Shown here one piece after another: positions 29,158-40,826 of a DNA stretch of 64,000 nt. Positions within the stretch are counted from its first letter, which is position 1, and the number at the start of each line of letters is the position of its first letter. The stretch is from Eledone cirrhosa (Eukaryota), in the NCBI GenBank assembly GCA_964016885.1, contig OZ024743.1, positions 102,424,001-102,488,000 on the forward strand, given 5' to 3'. The translations under genes and the position numbers were made by a program. Below the pieces are notes generated by a model. It saw nothing but the letters and a program-made list of their open reading frames with translations. It was not told the origin of the DNA and did not search any database.

Positions 29158-29251
29158 ACCCCGACAGCTGAGCTCAAGCCGTTTCGACGGCTAATTCTGG
29201 ACTAAATGAACATTTATCCTGGTATTTAAATAGCCGATCTTCTCAAGGGGT
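29158..29251 (-). ncRNA. Hammerhead-like ribozyme with variant core (PLE3)
   Basis: acccc-TTGAGAA-gatcggcta...tagccgtc-GAAA-cggct(tgagctc)agctg-TC-ggggt: three stems and a GUC site, but non-canonical CUGANGA box. Confidence 0.55.
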
Positions 29252-30363
29252 AATTCCATATATGGTCAAAGTGATTGTCAAAAATCAGTAGTAATTCTGT
29301 GGTTGCAAATTAGTAGGGGAGATGGTGGCTAAACCTGCCAGTAGGAGAAAGAGGGGAGGGGGTGGAGTAGACCCAATCAAGCGTTGGTAGTGCCAGCTAC
29401 AGCTGGGCATGAGGTCAAAGAAGATACAGGGGAGGGGGAGGGGGAGGAAGTCGGAACGGTAGGTAGAACAATGGGGGGTAGAAATAGGAAAGAAAAAATA
29501 CTGAGAGTGAAGAAAAGCAAATAAGTGTAAAGAAAAAAGTAAAGTAAATTAAATTCTACGACCTAGGTGTCAGGCTCTTGTTAGGCGAGAATAAAAAGAA
29601 AGAAAGAAAGAAGTAAATAAATAAATAAATAAATAAATAAGGAAATAAGTAAAAGAACTAGGTGGGACGAATTAGGCAAGGACCCTTTTAAGAGGTATAA
29701 GTACGTAAATGATACGGTGACTGGTCAACAAAAGGGGCCAAAATACTAAAGAGACTACCACGAAATAAACAATAAAGGTTTCCATCCCGGGCCAGCAACG
29801 ACCCAGTGCAGCAAAGTGAACTTGTACGAGATAATAATTCTGAGTCCCGAGAAAAATATATACTAATGCTAACTCTAAAAGATCTAAAACAAGCTACATG
29901 AAAGTTCGTACGAAATAAAGGTAGAATACGGAGAAATAAATTCAGAATCCACCCCGCCCAGAAGAAAAGCGAAGCAAGAAATACTGAAACGAAAAAATAA
30001 GGCATAAGTGCCACTAAGAAATATAGAGGGCACAGAGAATAGTGGGAGTGGTCGGAAAAAGGGGGCAAGTATCCGGGGTCTAAGCCAACTGCTATAAAGG
30101 GCGCAGTCCGCCAAATCTATCAAAGACTAGGGGAGGGGGGAGGGGGGAGTGGGGGTACTAAGGCTACCTGGGGCCAAAGGGCAGCCTCGGGTGGGCGAGA
30201 AAAGACGCCGACAAAGGAGAAGAGCTGGGGTAGAAGGACAAAGGAGAGAGGAGGGAAGGAAATAAAGGAAGCGATAAAAGAATACAAAGAAGATCTTACG
30301 TCTTCCTTGGCAAGCAGGGGTTACCCATTGCAAAATCGGCAACTGGGGTGTTATAGCCCTAGT

Positions 30364-31641
30364 CTACCCCCTCGGGTCATTATGGGGTTTGAGGGCGAGG
30401 TAAGTCCTACGCAATCTATGTTTACATGCAGTAACCAGTTCATCTTTCTTGTTTAGGAGTTGGTCCGTCGAAAACAGCATTTGTAAAGTTTCCTCCGAGC
30501 ATAAATTGCACGGACGGCGTCCTCCCGTGTAAGAATTGGCTCTGGACAGTAATCTCCAAGTGAGATCATAGGTGATGTTGTTGTCCTTGAGGTCCCATAT
30601 GTGGCCCGAAAGTGTAGTGGCGTGACGCCGGGCCGGGTTTCGGAAGGTATGTCTATGTTGGTATAGCCGGGTTTTGAAGTCACATGCGGTAAGTCCTATA
30701 TAGGCTTTGTTGGAGGTATCCGTCCTCACGTTGCACTGGTAGATCACATTACGGTCTCTGCATCTATTGTCGAGTGGGCAAATAGATCTATCCGGGCAGT
30801 TACACCTCCTGGTCGGTTCTCCACTGCTATTTAGGTTATTTCTGCCATCGGGGTTGAGTTTTTTGTTGTTAGAGGAGACGATGTTTTGTGCGAAGTTTGG
30901 TGTAGTGCTGTAAGAGAGATTGATGGTATTTTTGTTAATTATGTTGTGGTAGCGGTGTTGTAATGGGAAGTGTTTTTCAATGAGCCTAAAGAATAGTTTC
31001 CCGATGGGAGTAGTCACCTCTGCGTTGTGGGGAGGATTGAACCATGTTACATTGCGTGAGCGGCGGTGTCTCCTGCTGGTTCCGCTAATGGGATCTGGAC
31101 AGTAGGATATTTCCTCTCGGAAACCACTCCGCTTGAGGGCCTGGTTGTAATAAGGCGCATGTTCATCGAATATCCGCTCATTAGCTGACAAACGGGATAT
31201 GCGGAGGGAGATGTTTTTGACCAGGTTGTTTGTGATGTTCCTAGGATGGTTTGATCGGTGGTGGATGTAGTGCAGATTGTCATTAGGTTTCCTGTATGGG
31301 TAGTACAGGTCGTTTTCGAGGTCGAGGGTTACGTCCAGGAAGTTTACTCGGGTCAGGGACGTTTGTAGGGTTATTTTAAATCCCCAGTCGCGGAAGAATC
31401 TGATTAATTGTTTCCGGACCCGATCTGTACTACTGGGGTTGTACCCTTTAAGGGTAAGGAGCCCATCATCACGGTACAATCCACCACCGAATGCAGGAAA
31501 CATATCAGTGAGTTTGGCTATTAGGAATAATCCTATAAGATCAGTGACCTCCGCCGAATCCGTGGCGCCCATGCTGACGTCGAAGGGTGAGTCGGGAGCT
31601 CTTTTTATCTATTTAGAGTCGTCAAAGAGTAAGACTGTCTT
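30364..31641 (-). pseudogene. PLE3 RT (motif 4 onward) and GIY-YIG, 5'-truncated, one nonsense codon
   Basis: MGATDSAEVTDLIGL, GLYRDDGL, NFLDVTLDL, CNC..CPL..C, VIYQC..YIGLT..FKTR; upstream KTVLLFDDSK*IKR has TAG at the position of the Trp in PLE1 (NEYWTR). Confidence 0.9.
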
Positions 31642-32133
31642 ATTTTGGCCCCTTTTGTTGACCAGTCACCGTATCATTTACGTACTTATACCTCTTAAAA
31701 GGGTCCTTGCCTAATCCGTCCCACCTAGTTCTTTTACTTATTTCCTTATTTATTTATTTATTTATTTACTTCTTTCTTTCTTTCTTTATTTTATTCTCGC
31801 CTAACAATAGCCTGACACCTAGGTCGTAGAATTTAATTTACTTTACTTTTTTCTTTACACTTATTTGCTTTTCTTCACTCTCAGTATTTTTTCTTTCCTA
31901 TTTCTACCCCCCATTGTTCTACCTACCGTTCCGACTTCCTCCCCCTCCCCCTCCCCTGTATCTTCTTTGACCTCATGCCCAGCTGTAGCTGGCACTACCA
32001 ACGCTTGATTGGGTCTACTCCACCCCCTCCCCTCTTTCTCCTACTGGCAGGTTTAGCCACCATCTCCCCTACTAATTTGCAACCACAGAATTACTACTGA
32101 TTTTTGACAATCACTTTGACCATATATGGAATT

Positions 32134-32227
32134 ACCCCTTGAGAAGATCGGCTATTTAAATACCAGGATAAATGTTCATTTAGTCCAGAATTAGCCGTCG
32201 AGACGGCTTGAGCTCAGCCGTCGGGGT
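32134..32227 (+). ncRNA. Hammerhead-like motif in the inverted PLE3 segment (GAAA mutated to GAGA)
   Basis: Reverse complement of 29158-29251 with two substitutions. Confidence 0.45.
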
Positions 32228-32239
32228 CTTACTGGTTCC

Positions 32240-32270
<31 letters not shown>

Positions 32271-32652
32271 ATATATACATATATACACATATATATACAT
32301 ATATATACATATATATATATACATATATATATATACATATATATATATAAACATATATATATATACATATATATATATATACACATATATATATATACAC
32401 ATATATATATATACATATATATATATACACATATATATATATACATATATATATATACACATATATATATACACATATATATATATACATATATATATAT
32501 ACACATATATATATACACATATACATATATATATATACATATATATATATACATATATATATATACATATATATACATATATATATATACATATATATAC
32601 ATATATATATATACATATATATATATACATATATATATATACATATATATAC

Positions 32653-32715
<63 letters not shown>

Positions 32716-32760
32716 CATATATATACATATATATATATACATATATATATATATACATAT

Positions 32761-33138
32761 ATAACTTTGAATAACTTTGAAATGTTTTGGCCAGTATTGG
32801 CCCAGGCCATGTCTAACTTAATAGCACCACCTGGCGAAGTCTTTCAATTCAGGATTTGGGCACCATGGCCCATTCGAGAAGAGAATTACTGTTTGCGGAG
32901 ACATATCCGGGTGTGGGTGGTTTGTCCGGGATTACTTGGAGGAATTTGTCCAAAGACTTCTTGAATTTTGTGTGGTCAGTTTCTGTTTTGACGTTTCCTG
33001 GTGTGATGTTGAAGAGAGCAGGGCCGATTGAGGTGAAATAATTGTGCCGTATTGTTGTTATGAGTTGCGATTTAGATTTTTGAATGGGACGGATAGCACG
33101 GGGCCCAAGCCTTGGGTGTATCTTGAAGGCGATGCCAA
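32761..33138 (-). mobile_element. CR1-group LINE 3' fragment
   Basis: ...GPALFNITP...[16 protein letters not shown]...SNSLLEW C-terminus typical of CR1-group ORF2; short tandem tail (TTCAAAGTTA)2. Confidence 0.75.
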
Positions 33139-33163
33139 CATATATATACATACATATATATAC

Positions 33164-33242
<79 letters not shown>

Positions 33243-33283
33243 CATATATATATATACACATATATATATATACATATATATAC

Positions 33284-33332
<49 letters not shown>

Positions 33333-33369
33333 CATATATACATACATATATATATATATACATATATAC

Positions 33370-33400
<31 letters not shown>

Positions 33401-33879
33401 CATACATATATATATATACATATACATATATACATATACATATATACACAGTATATCAACGTAAATTACACACACATACATATTTATATATAGATTCTCT
33501 GGTATTCTCTACTACGTAATAGAGAATAACATGGTACCTATATACATATATAGCCATGTTTCATCATAAACCTAATAAAAATAAAACCAATTTACCTTCA
33601 TGTTTATTACCTCTAAATAACTTATACTTTATTCTAAGATGTTTAATCGAAACTGCTGCTTTTCTATTGCGTCATCATAAATTCCGTTGGTATTTCTTTT
33701 ACGCAGTATTTTTATAGATCTCTACCACATAAGTATGCCACAATTCTCATGTTTCACATTTAATTCAGGTGTAAAACAATAACTGTTTTATTAAACTATA
33801 ACCCGTGTCTTCAAATGTTAATATTTCATATTGTTCATATGGAATTGAAACACATCAACTGACAGTCAGGCCTCCCTAT

Positions 33880-33910
<31 letters not shown>

Positions 33911-33911
<1 letters not shown>

Positions 33912-34195
33912 TAGTTTTGCGAGGTTTTTGATATGAAATCGTGTGTTTGTTCTTGGGGAGGGTCATATTTGTGTAGTAATATTGCCAGAATTAATAACAG
34001 AACACATTCACTGTTTGGTTGGTTTTCACCAAACCAAACAGTGACCCTCCCCAAAATATGACCCTCCCCAAGTATAACAATATATATATAAATAATAAGT
34101 ATGGTCAATATATGTTATTATACATTTTGGAGGGTCATGCTCTCAATTAAAACACATGCATCTGCTGGGTTTCCCTTCAATTTATTATAAATATA
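33911..34195. mobile_element. Several short fragments of the PLE2-family pLTR/tail in mixed orientation
   Basis: gaccctccccaagtataacaa (plus) and ttttgggagggtcatg..aaacacatgca..cttcaatttattataa (minus) match PLE2 pLTR ends. Confidence 0.6.
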
Positions 34196-34289
34196 TATAT
34201 ATATATAGACGATCGACTTTCGTCAAATCGAACCCAGGGAACAATGTTTCCGTTGGTCTTTCCAATTGCTAATACTATCTATCGGTAGC

Positions 34290-34406
34290 AACTCCAGGTA
34301 GAAGGAGCAACGTGAAATAAAGTGTCTTGCTCAAGGACATGACGCATCGCCTGGTCCAGGAATCGAACTCACAACCTTACGATTGCGAATCCAATTCTCT
34401 AACCAT
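34290..34406 (-). mobile_element. tRNA-derived SINE 5' part (CORE-like body)
   Basis: Minus strand TGGTTAGAG (A-box) ... GAGTTCGATTCC (B-box), then gtccttgagcaagacacttt. Confidence 0.7.
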
Positions 34407-34420
34407 ATATATATATATAT

Positions 34421-34770
34421 AAAAACCACTCAACAGTCAAAAGTTTTCCTGGAGTTTCTAATATTATTCAAAATATTAACAAATGAACGATATTCCCATA
34501 ATGAAAATATATGCTTTATTATATATATTTCAAATGTATTGTGAACTTTTTTCAGATCGTCTTCATCAGATAAAATATATGATTTATATATGACATACCG
34601 CTACGCTCTTGATACTATATAATCAAGACCGTAGCGGTATGTCATATATCAAATCGTATATTTTATCTGATGAAGACGTACTGAAAAAACAAGACATTAC
34701 CTTTGAAATATATATAATAAAGCATATATTTTGATTATGCGAATATCCTTCATTTGTTAAAATTTTCAAA
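34421..34770. repeat. Palindromic element with twin outward-facing HHR motifs (34515-34574 minus, 34662-34721 plus)
   Basis: Imperfect ~145-bp arms around ~34617; each arm reads tttat-CTGATGA-...-GAAA-tatata-TA-ataaa. Confidence 0.72.
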
Positions 34771-34787
34771 AATATATATATATATAT

Positions 34788-34940
34788 AGTTATACTTTGG
34801 GAGGGTCATGGTTGTCAATAAAAACACACACACCTGTGGTATCACTTCAATTTATTATAAATTTCCGGTGGGTTGGTTCAATAACCGGATAGTGGTTTAT
34901 ACGTTGTCAAAGCTCTTTCGTCACTGTCTCTTCATTGATC
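34788..34940 (-). mobile_element. Decayed solo pLTR of the PLE2 family
   Basis: agttatactttgggagggtcatg...ttgtcaaagctctttcgtcac aligns to 15368-15540; HHR remnant partly deleted. Confidence 0.7.
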
Positions 34941-35254
34941 TTCCTACACTATCTACTTACACGTTTTCAGATAAGAAATTTTGCAATACTAATAAAAAAA
35001 GAAGATAAATAAATATATATATATACCTATATATATAAATATGCATACACATATATATATATATACATACATACATGCATACATATATACACATATAAGT
35101 ATGTATATGTACATATGTATATATATATATACGTATATATATATGTGTGTATGTATATGTATAATGTATATATATATATATATATATATTATTATTATTA
35201 TATATATATTTGTTTTTGAATTTGTTTTGAAAATTCCAATGCGCAATTCCACTA

Positions 35255-35329
<75 letters not shown>

Positions 35330-35691
35330 CATACATATACAGTAATATGATTAAGACAAATATTACCTCAAATACTTATTGATTCCCACTGCTGCCTCGA
35401 CTTTTAAAACGAACCTAATATAATAATTTAGCAAATATAGGTAAGAGGTAAGAGAATAATACTCACCAAGGAATCCTTTCGTACCCAGACACATTTTGAG
35501 TGACTATCATAACTGATGTCTATTTCAAAAGGGGCAACCATGTCGTTGTGTATAGTTCACAAGAATGGAAATAATCAATGGAATGTTGGCAAGCAAATGC
35601 GGTCGCTAAAAATAGCTGTTCGTTTTAGGCCTTTTTCACTCGACCGTGAGTAGATATATATATATATACATATACTTCATCATATACATAT

Positions 35692-36075
35692 ATATCTATC
35701 TATCTATCTAAGGCGGGTAAAATTCCCGAGATCCATGGACGAGTGCTCTCCAGCGGTCTCTGTCCCTCATTATCGCTGCCATGTCCTGCATCTCCAACAG
35801 ACCAGTGTCTGTCCTTAGTGTATCAACATACGTTAACCTTGGTCTTCCTCTTCTAGTGTGTACATGTAGGGGCTCCCACAGGAGCACTGAGTGCAATGTC
35901 AACTCTGGATGTCGGTGAGCATGTCCAGCCAACCTCAGTCTCCTCTGTGTCACTTTTGAGCTGACTTTTGGGATGCCCCCATACAGCTCTGAGTTTTTCA
36001 TCCTCAGTGTATACTGATTAATGTTCAGAGCCATCCTCAGCATTCTCGTGTAGCACCCATCCACCATCTGAGTGA

Positions 36076-36076
<1 letters not shown>
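35692..36076 (-). mobile_element. RTE-clade LINE 3' fragment
   Basis: DGCYTRMLRMALNI...ELYG..PKVS..V.QRRLRLAGH..RH...LLWEP....RRGRPRLTYVD...M.DR..WR; (TAGA)n tail. Confidence 0.85.
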
Positions 36077-36156
<80 letters not shown>

Positions 36157-36158
<2 letters not shown>

Positions 36159-36597
36159 AACAATGAGTTAAAGACTTAGTTAATAAATAATATTTCTGAG
36201 GAGTATTATGATAATAATAGTAGTAAACCAAAGATATATACTTTATATCATCAGTATTTATTTCATTATATATATTTCAGGGATGCGAAAATGTATGTAT
36301 AACATAAATCAGAAAATGCCCTTATCAGATGAAATACATATGAGATGTATAAATTTTCATGCTATAACAGCATCATCAAACTTGGTAAATCAATGACCGG
36401 CAAGTATATATTCTTGCCATTCAGATCGATGATGCTGATATATCATGAAACATTGTACATCTCATATGTATTTTATCTGATGAAAGCATGCTCTGATTTA
36501 TGTTACACATATATTTTTGCATCCCCGAAATATATATAATGAAATAAATACTGATGATATAAAGTATATATCTTTCGTTTATTACTATTATTATTAT
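36157..36597. repeat. Palindromic element with twin outward-facing HHR motifs (36261-36334 minus, 36471-36544 plus)
   Basis: ~170-bp imperfect arms (36211-36378 / 36428-36595); ttt(c/t)at-CTGAT(G/A)A-long stem II-GAAA-tatata-TA-atgaaa. Confidence 0.72.
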
Positions 36598-36607
36598 AAA
36601 GAAAACA

Positions 36608-37007
36608 CTTACCTCTTCGGTGATGCCCTGATTAACTTTTTCAAATTTCATTTGAAAAGGTAAATCAGAGTAGAGAGGGGAGTGCTCTCTTCCCAGCATT
36701 TTGTTGAAAGATGGGTGAGAGAAGCAAGTATGGCCCGAGTGAATGGGCATACTCTGAGTATGTGTCTGTAAATAAAAGGTAGAAAACTGGGAGAGGGCAC
36801 TTGCCCTGGTGGTCAGGGTCACTGTAGCCTTTTAATGGGCTTTCTCCACAAATGTCCCTCGGAAATCTCCCCCCTATTGGGGAATTTTTCATTGTTATTT
36901 TTTTTATTACATCCTGTTTTTTTTACATGCAGAAATGTCCATTTGTACCGTCCTGTACTGTGCTTAATGTCTACTTTATGTAAACCCTTGTGGTTAATAA
37001 AGAAAGC
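36608..37007 (+). mobile_element. 5'-truncated Tx1/L1-like LINE 3' end with 18-bp TSD
   Basis: TSD attattataaagaaaaca at 36590-36607 and 37008-37025; plus-strand translation LINFFKFHLKR*IRVERGVLSSQHFVERWV..ARVNG..LSMCL* resembles the Tx1 ORF2 C-terminus; AATAAA near the end. Confidence 0.65.
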
Positions 37008-37024
37008 ATTATTATAAAGAAAAC

Positions 37025-37065
<41 letters not shown>

Positions 37066-37152
37066 ATATGTGTGTGTGAGTATTCATATATATCTATATA
37101 TATATATATATTTAAGCTTGTTGAATCCCAACAAATTAAATACAACCTCTGC

Positions 37153-37209
<57 letters not shown>

Positions 37210-37240
37210 CATATATATATATATACATACATATATATAT

Positions 37241-37271
<31 letters not shown>

Positions 37272-37286
37272 CATACATATATACAT

Positions 37287-37341
<55 letters not shown>

Positions 37342-38354
37342 AATAATCACAAGGAACCTATTTCTACAGAGCTGGTACTGTGTCATTCGCTTGAATATAT
37401 GTATGTGCATATACATACATGCTATAATGTATTTACCGATTGCAGAGAATACTTAAGCATATTTGGTATTATGAAGCAATCGTCGTATACACTTTATTAT
37501 AGTCTCAGCGTGAACATATATGAAGTAGTTACTTACGACACTCAGTTTATTCAATTAAGGTAAATTTACACACGTCAAATACACTGAAACTCTAGGTATA
37601 TACTCCAGAATAGTTTGTGTGTGTTTGCAGTGAAGACTTCATATGACATAACCAGATATTTAAATTTTCTTGAAAAAGATATTCGTTGTCTTTCATATAA
37701 AATTTTAAAATGGAATAAGATATAAATATATTAGCTTTCACACATATCTTTCCACAACATTGGAATATAATGTTTTTAATAAAAGGAGGAAAAATATAGA
37801 AATTATTATAATTTTTGAAAATAATTTCAATCACATATGATTCAAACAAATATCTACTTTTTATTTTTACTATATAATTTTCTATTATTAATATCACCCA
37901 GATATCCACCACATTCGATATCAGTATCTACCTCAGTTTTTAATCTCAAGACCTCGGGGAAAATATTTATGTTCTCTCTTGTTTTGTTTTGTTTGTTTTT
38001 CTCCTTTAAAATTACTTCATACTAGATGGGTAATTTCCTAACTTAGCACCTTCATTAAAATACTGAAAATATCGGTTAGGTATACTCGTTCGCTTATACT
38101 TTTTGCATTAATTCACACATATATATCCGTGTATGCATGTGTTCAATGCAGATGTGACTATTTATGATTACATACTTAAACATGAGATACAACTTGTTCT
38201 GTCGCGTTTCATTATATTCCAGAAACAGTTCCAACAGCATTTGGCATCATCTACTATATCTGTTTATACTAAATGTTGGTGACTATATAACAACTTGCCC
38301 AGATCTTCTTCCATGCCACCATCAGCAATCGAATAATATACTACTACCATGGCA

Positions 38355-38378
38355 ACAACAATAGCAACAAGAATAGCA

Positions 38379-38428
<50 letters not shown>

Positions 38429-39335
38429 CAACGGCAACTATATTACTACTACTACCATCACCATCACCCCCATCACCAAAATTACCACCATCACCACAAC
38501 CCCACCCCCACCAGCATCAGCACCACCTCAATACTACTACTACTACTGCTACTACCAACAACAACAATTCTACAACAACTACTACTACTACTACCACCAC
38601 CACCACCACCAACGGCAACTCTATTACTACTACTACCATCACCATCACCCCCATCACCAAAATTACCACCATCACCACAACCCCACCCCCACCAGCATCA
38701 GCACCACCTCAATACTACTACTACTGCTACTACCAACAACAACAACAATTCTACAACAACTACTACTACTACTACTACTACTACTGCTAATACTGCTGCT
38801 ATTATCAAAATTACCAAAGAGGTTCCCTACACCAATTCATGTTGTTTCTCATCTCTTCTACGCCTCAAAGCCGTGCTGCAGTTTTGTGTTTGTACTATGT
38901 TGTTCCACTTCCGTTGTCCTTGTGGGTAATAAAGAAATCGTTATTAATTTACTATTGCAACTATCTCTATCTATTATACTCCTACTGTTACCGTTCTTGC
39001 TTTTATTGAAAGAACCATTAATGCTACCACAAATATTGCTCCTGGTGCATTCTGGTGATATTATATATCCTGTTCAACCTCCTGTTCAACCCCTACTACT
39101 ACTACTACTACTACTACTGCTGCTATTGCTACTACTACTACTACTACTGCTGCTGCTACTACTACTGCTGCTATTGCTACTACTACTGCTGCTGCTACTG
39201 CTGCTACTACTGCTGCTATTGCTACTACTACTACTACTACTACTACTACTATCACCACTACTACTACTATCACCACTACTACTACTAGTACTACTACTAC
39301 TGCTGCTGCTGCTACTACTACTACAACAACAACAA
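38355..39335. repeat. (CTA)n/(CCA)n/(CAA)n trinucleotide region with a ~181-bp tandem duplication
   Basis: accaccaccaacggcaact...ccagcatcagcaccacctcaatac...aattctacaacaact at ~38421 and ~38602; long (CTA/CTG)n at 39093-39330. Confidence 0.85.
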
Positions 39336-40360
39336 CACAGAGTTGCTGCAGGTATTACTATTTCGTTTCAAAAGATTTGCTTGTGGTGTTTACATGAGCA
39401 ATATTACTCCAATGGATTACATATCCTGAAAGTTTACTAAAATTGCAATTAACTCAAATTTATGTCAATAAATTTGATTATTCCAATACATTTCTTACAA
39501 TAAGTTGAGATTGAACTGGAATACACACACACACAGCCACATATACAAACACAAACGCGTACAATAAAACAATCTTCTTCACCCCTAAATGATACAAACA
39601 GCATCAAATTACATTAATAAAAGGAAGGAGTAGAAAATGGTTGAAAATAGACCCGGATTGATATGCCATATAAGATGAAAAGATTATTGATTCAAATCAT
39701 TTGGTTTCTAAAACAGAAATCGTATCTAAATCAATTTGAAGGGATTTAATGATAAATATATACATGTAGACTTTATCCATTTTACGTTTTCTAACTAATC
39801 CATTTTAAAGGATTAGCAGTGTACTGGTTATAATAATTCTTAAAGTTTATTATTATTAAATGCAATCATTTACAGCTGTAGGTAATCCGAAATATCGTAT
39901 TACTATTCAGCGTTGCCATTTATCTTAATATTTCCTGTTGTGGGAGAGCAGTTGACTAGTAGAATCGTTAGGGACTGGATAAATGGTCTGCAGCATCAGT
40001 TACCATATAGGTTTCGTTCTGATTTCAAATCATGCCCAGGTCAACTTTGCTTTTGATCATTCCGTGACCGATGAAATAATATTCTAGTCAAGCACTGGTC
40101 TTGGTTTAATCGATTCTGCCCATTGCACTAAATTTTCTGGCACTGCACTTAAATATGTGTTGTCTGTTTATTCCAAATCTTTCTACTCTTATCCTCAACA
40201 CACATTACCGTCATCCACATCACTGTCAGTACCACCTGCACCACTACCACGAGCAGTATCATGTCAGTAACACAACATCTGCCAGTACCAGCACCAAGCA
40301 CCACCGCCATCACCTGCACTACTGCCACCAATAGCACAATTCCAATAAACCACGCTCCAT

Positions 40361-40399
<39 letters not shown>

Positions 40400-40640
40400 C
40401 CATATGTAAACCTGAACACATACACGTATATGTGATTGTGTGGATAAGATACCTTGCGGTATTTCTTTATGATCTATGTTCAAATTTCTCCCAGGTTGAC
40501 ATTAAAATTATTCCTTCCGTTGTCAATATATTGGGTTTAATAATATCAACCAAATACGTTGTTATGATTAAATTATTTGTGCGCAAAATGTTAGTAATAT
40601 GTTTAACATAAAAACTTTTATTGACCTGCAGCATAATAAA

Positions 40641-40826
40641 TAATTGTTTCTACTTCAGGCACAAGGCCATATCACCCAGTGCATTACTGGTACTTTATTT
40701 TATCGACCCCGTAAGGACGAAAGGCAAAGTAAACATCGGTGGGATTTGAACTCAGACCATAAAGGGACGTAACTGTGCAGGAAAGCATGGCGTCCGACTC
40801 TGTACCGATACTGCCAATCCACCGCC
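40641..40826 (-). mobile_element. tRNA-derived SINE with Nin-like central domain
   Basis: Minus strand TGGCAGTATCGG A-box, GAGTTCAAATCC B-box, ctttcgtccttacggggtcgataaaataaagtaccag core. Confidence 0.8.

Larger units (their letters stand above)
29064..32242 (-). mobile_element. PLE3: 5'-truncated Naiad-like Penelope-like element with inverted 3' segment
   Basis: RT/GIY-YIG ORF remnant; 31641-32242 is the reverse complement of 29143-29745; both ends in (TA)n. Confidence 0.9.

Noticed and set aside
36551-36580. Extra CTGATGA box next to the palindrome HHR
   Set aside because: No downstream GAAA box or closing stems.
36613-36765. 153-bp open minus-strand exon candidate with strong acceptor and GTAAGT donor
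   Set aside because: Lies inside a TSD-flanked insertion whose plus strand translates as a Tx1-like ORF2 C-terminus.
38349-39440. 363-aa ORF with poly-T/Y/H/L runs
   Set aside because: Derived from (CTA)n/(CCA)n trinucleotide repeats; no domain-like sequence.
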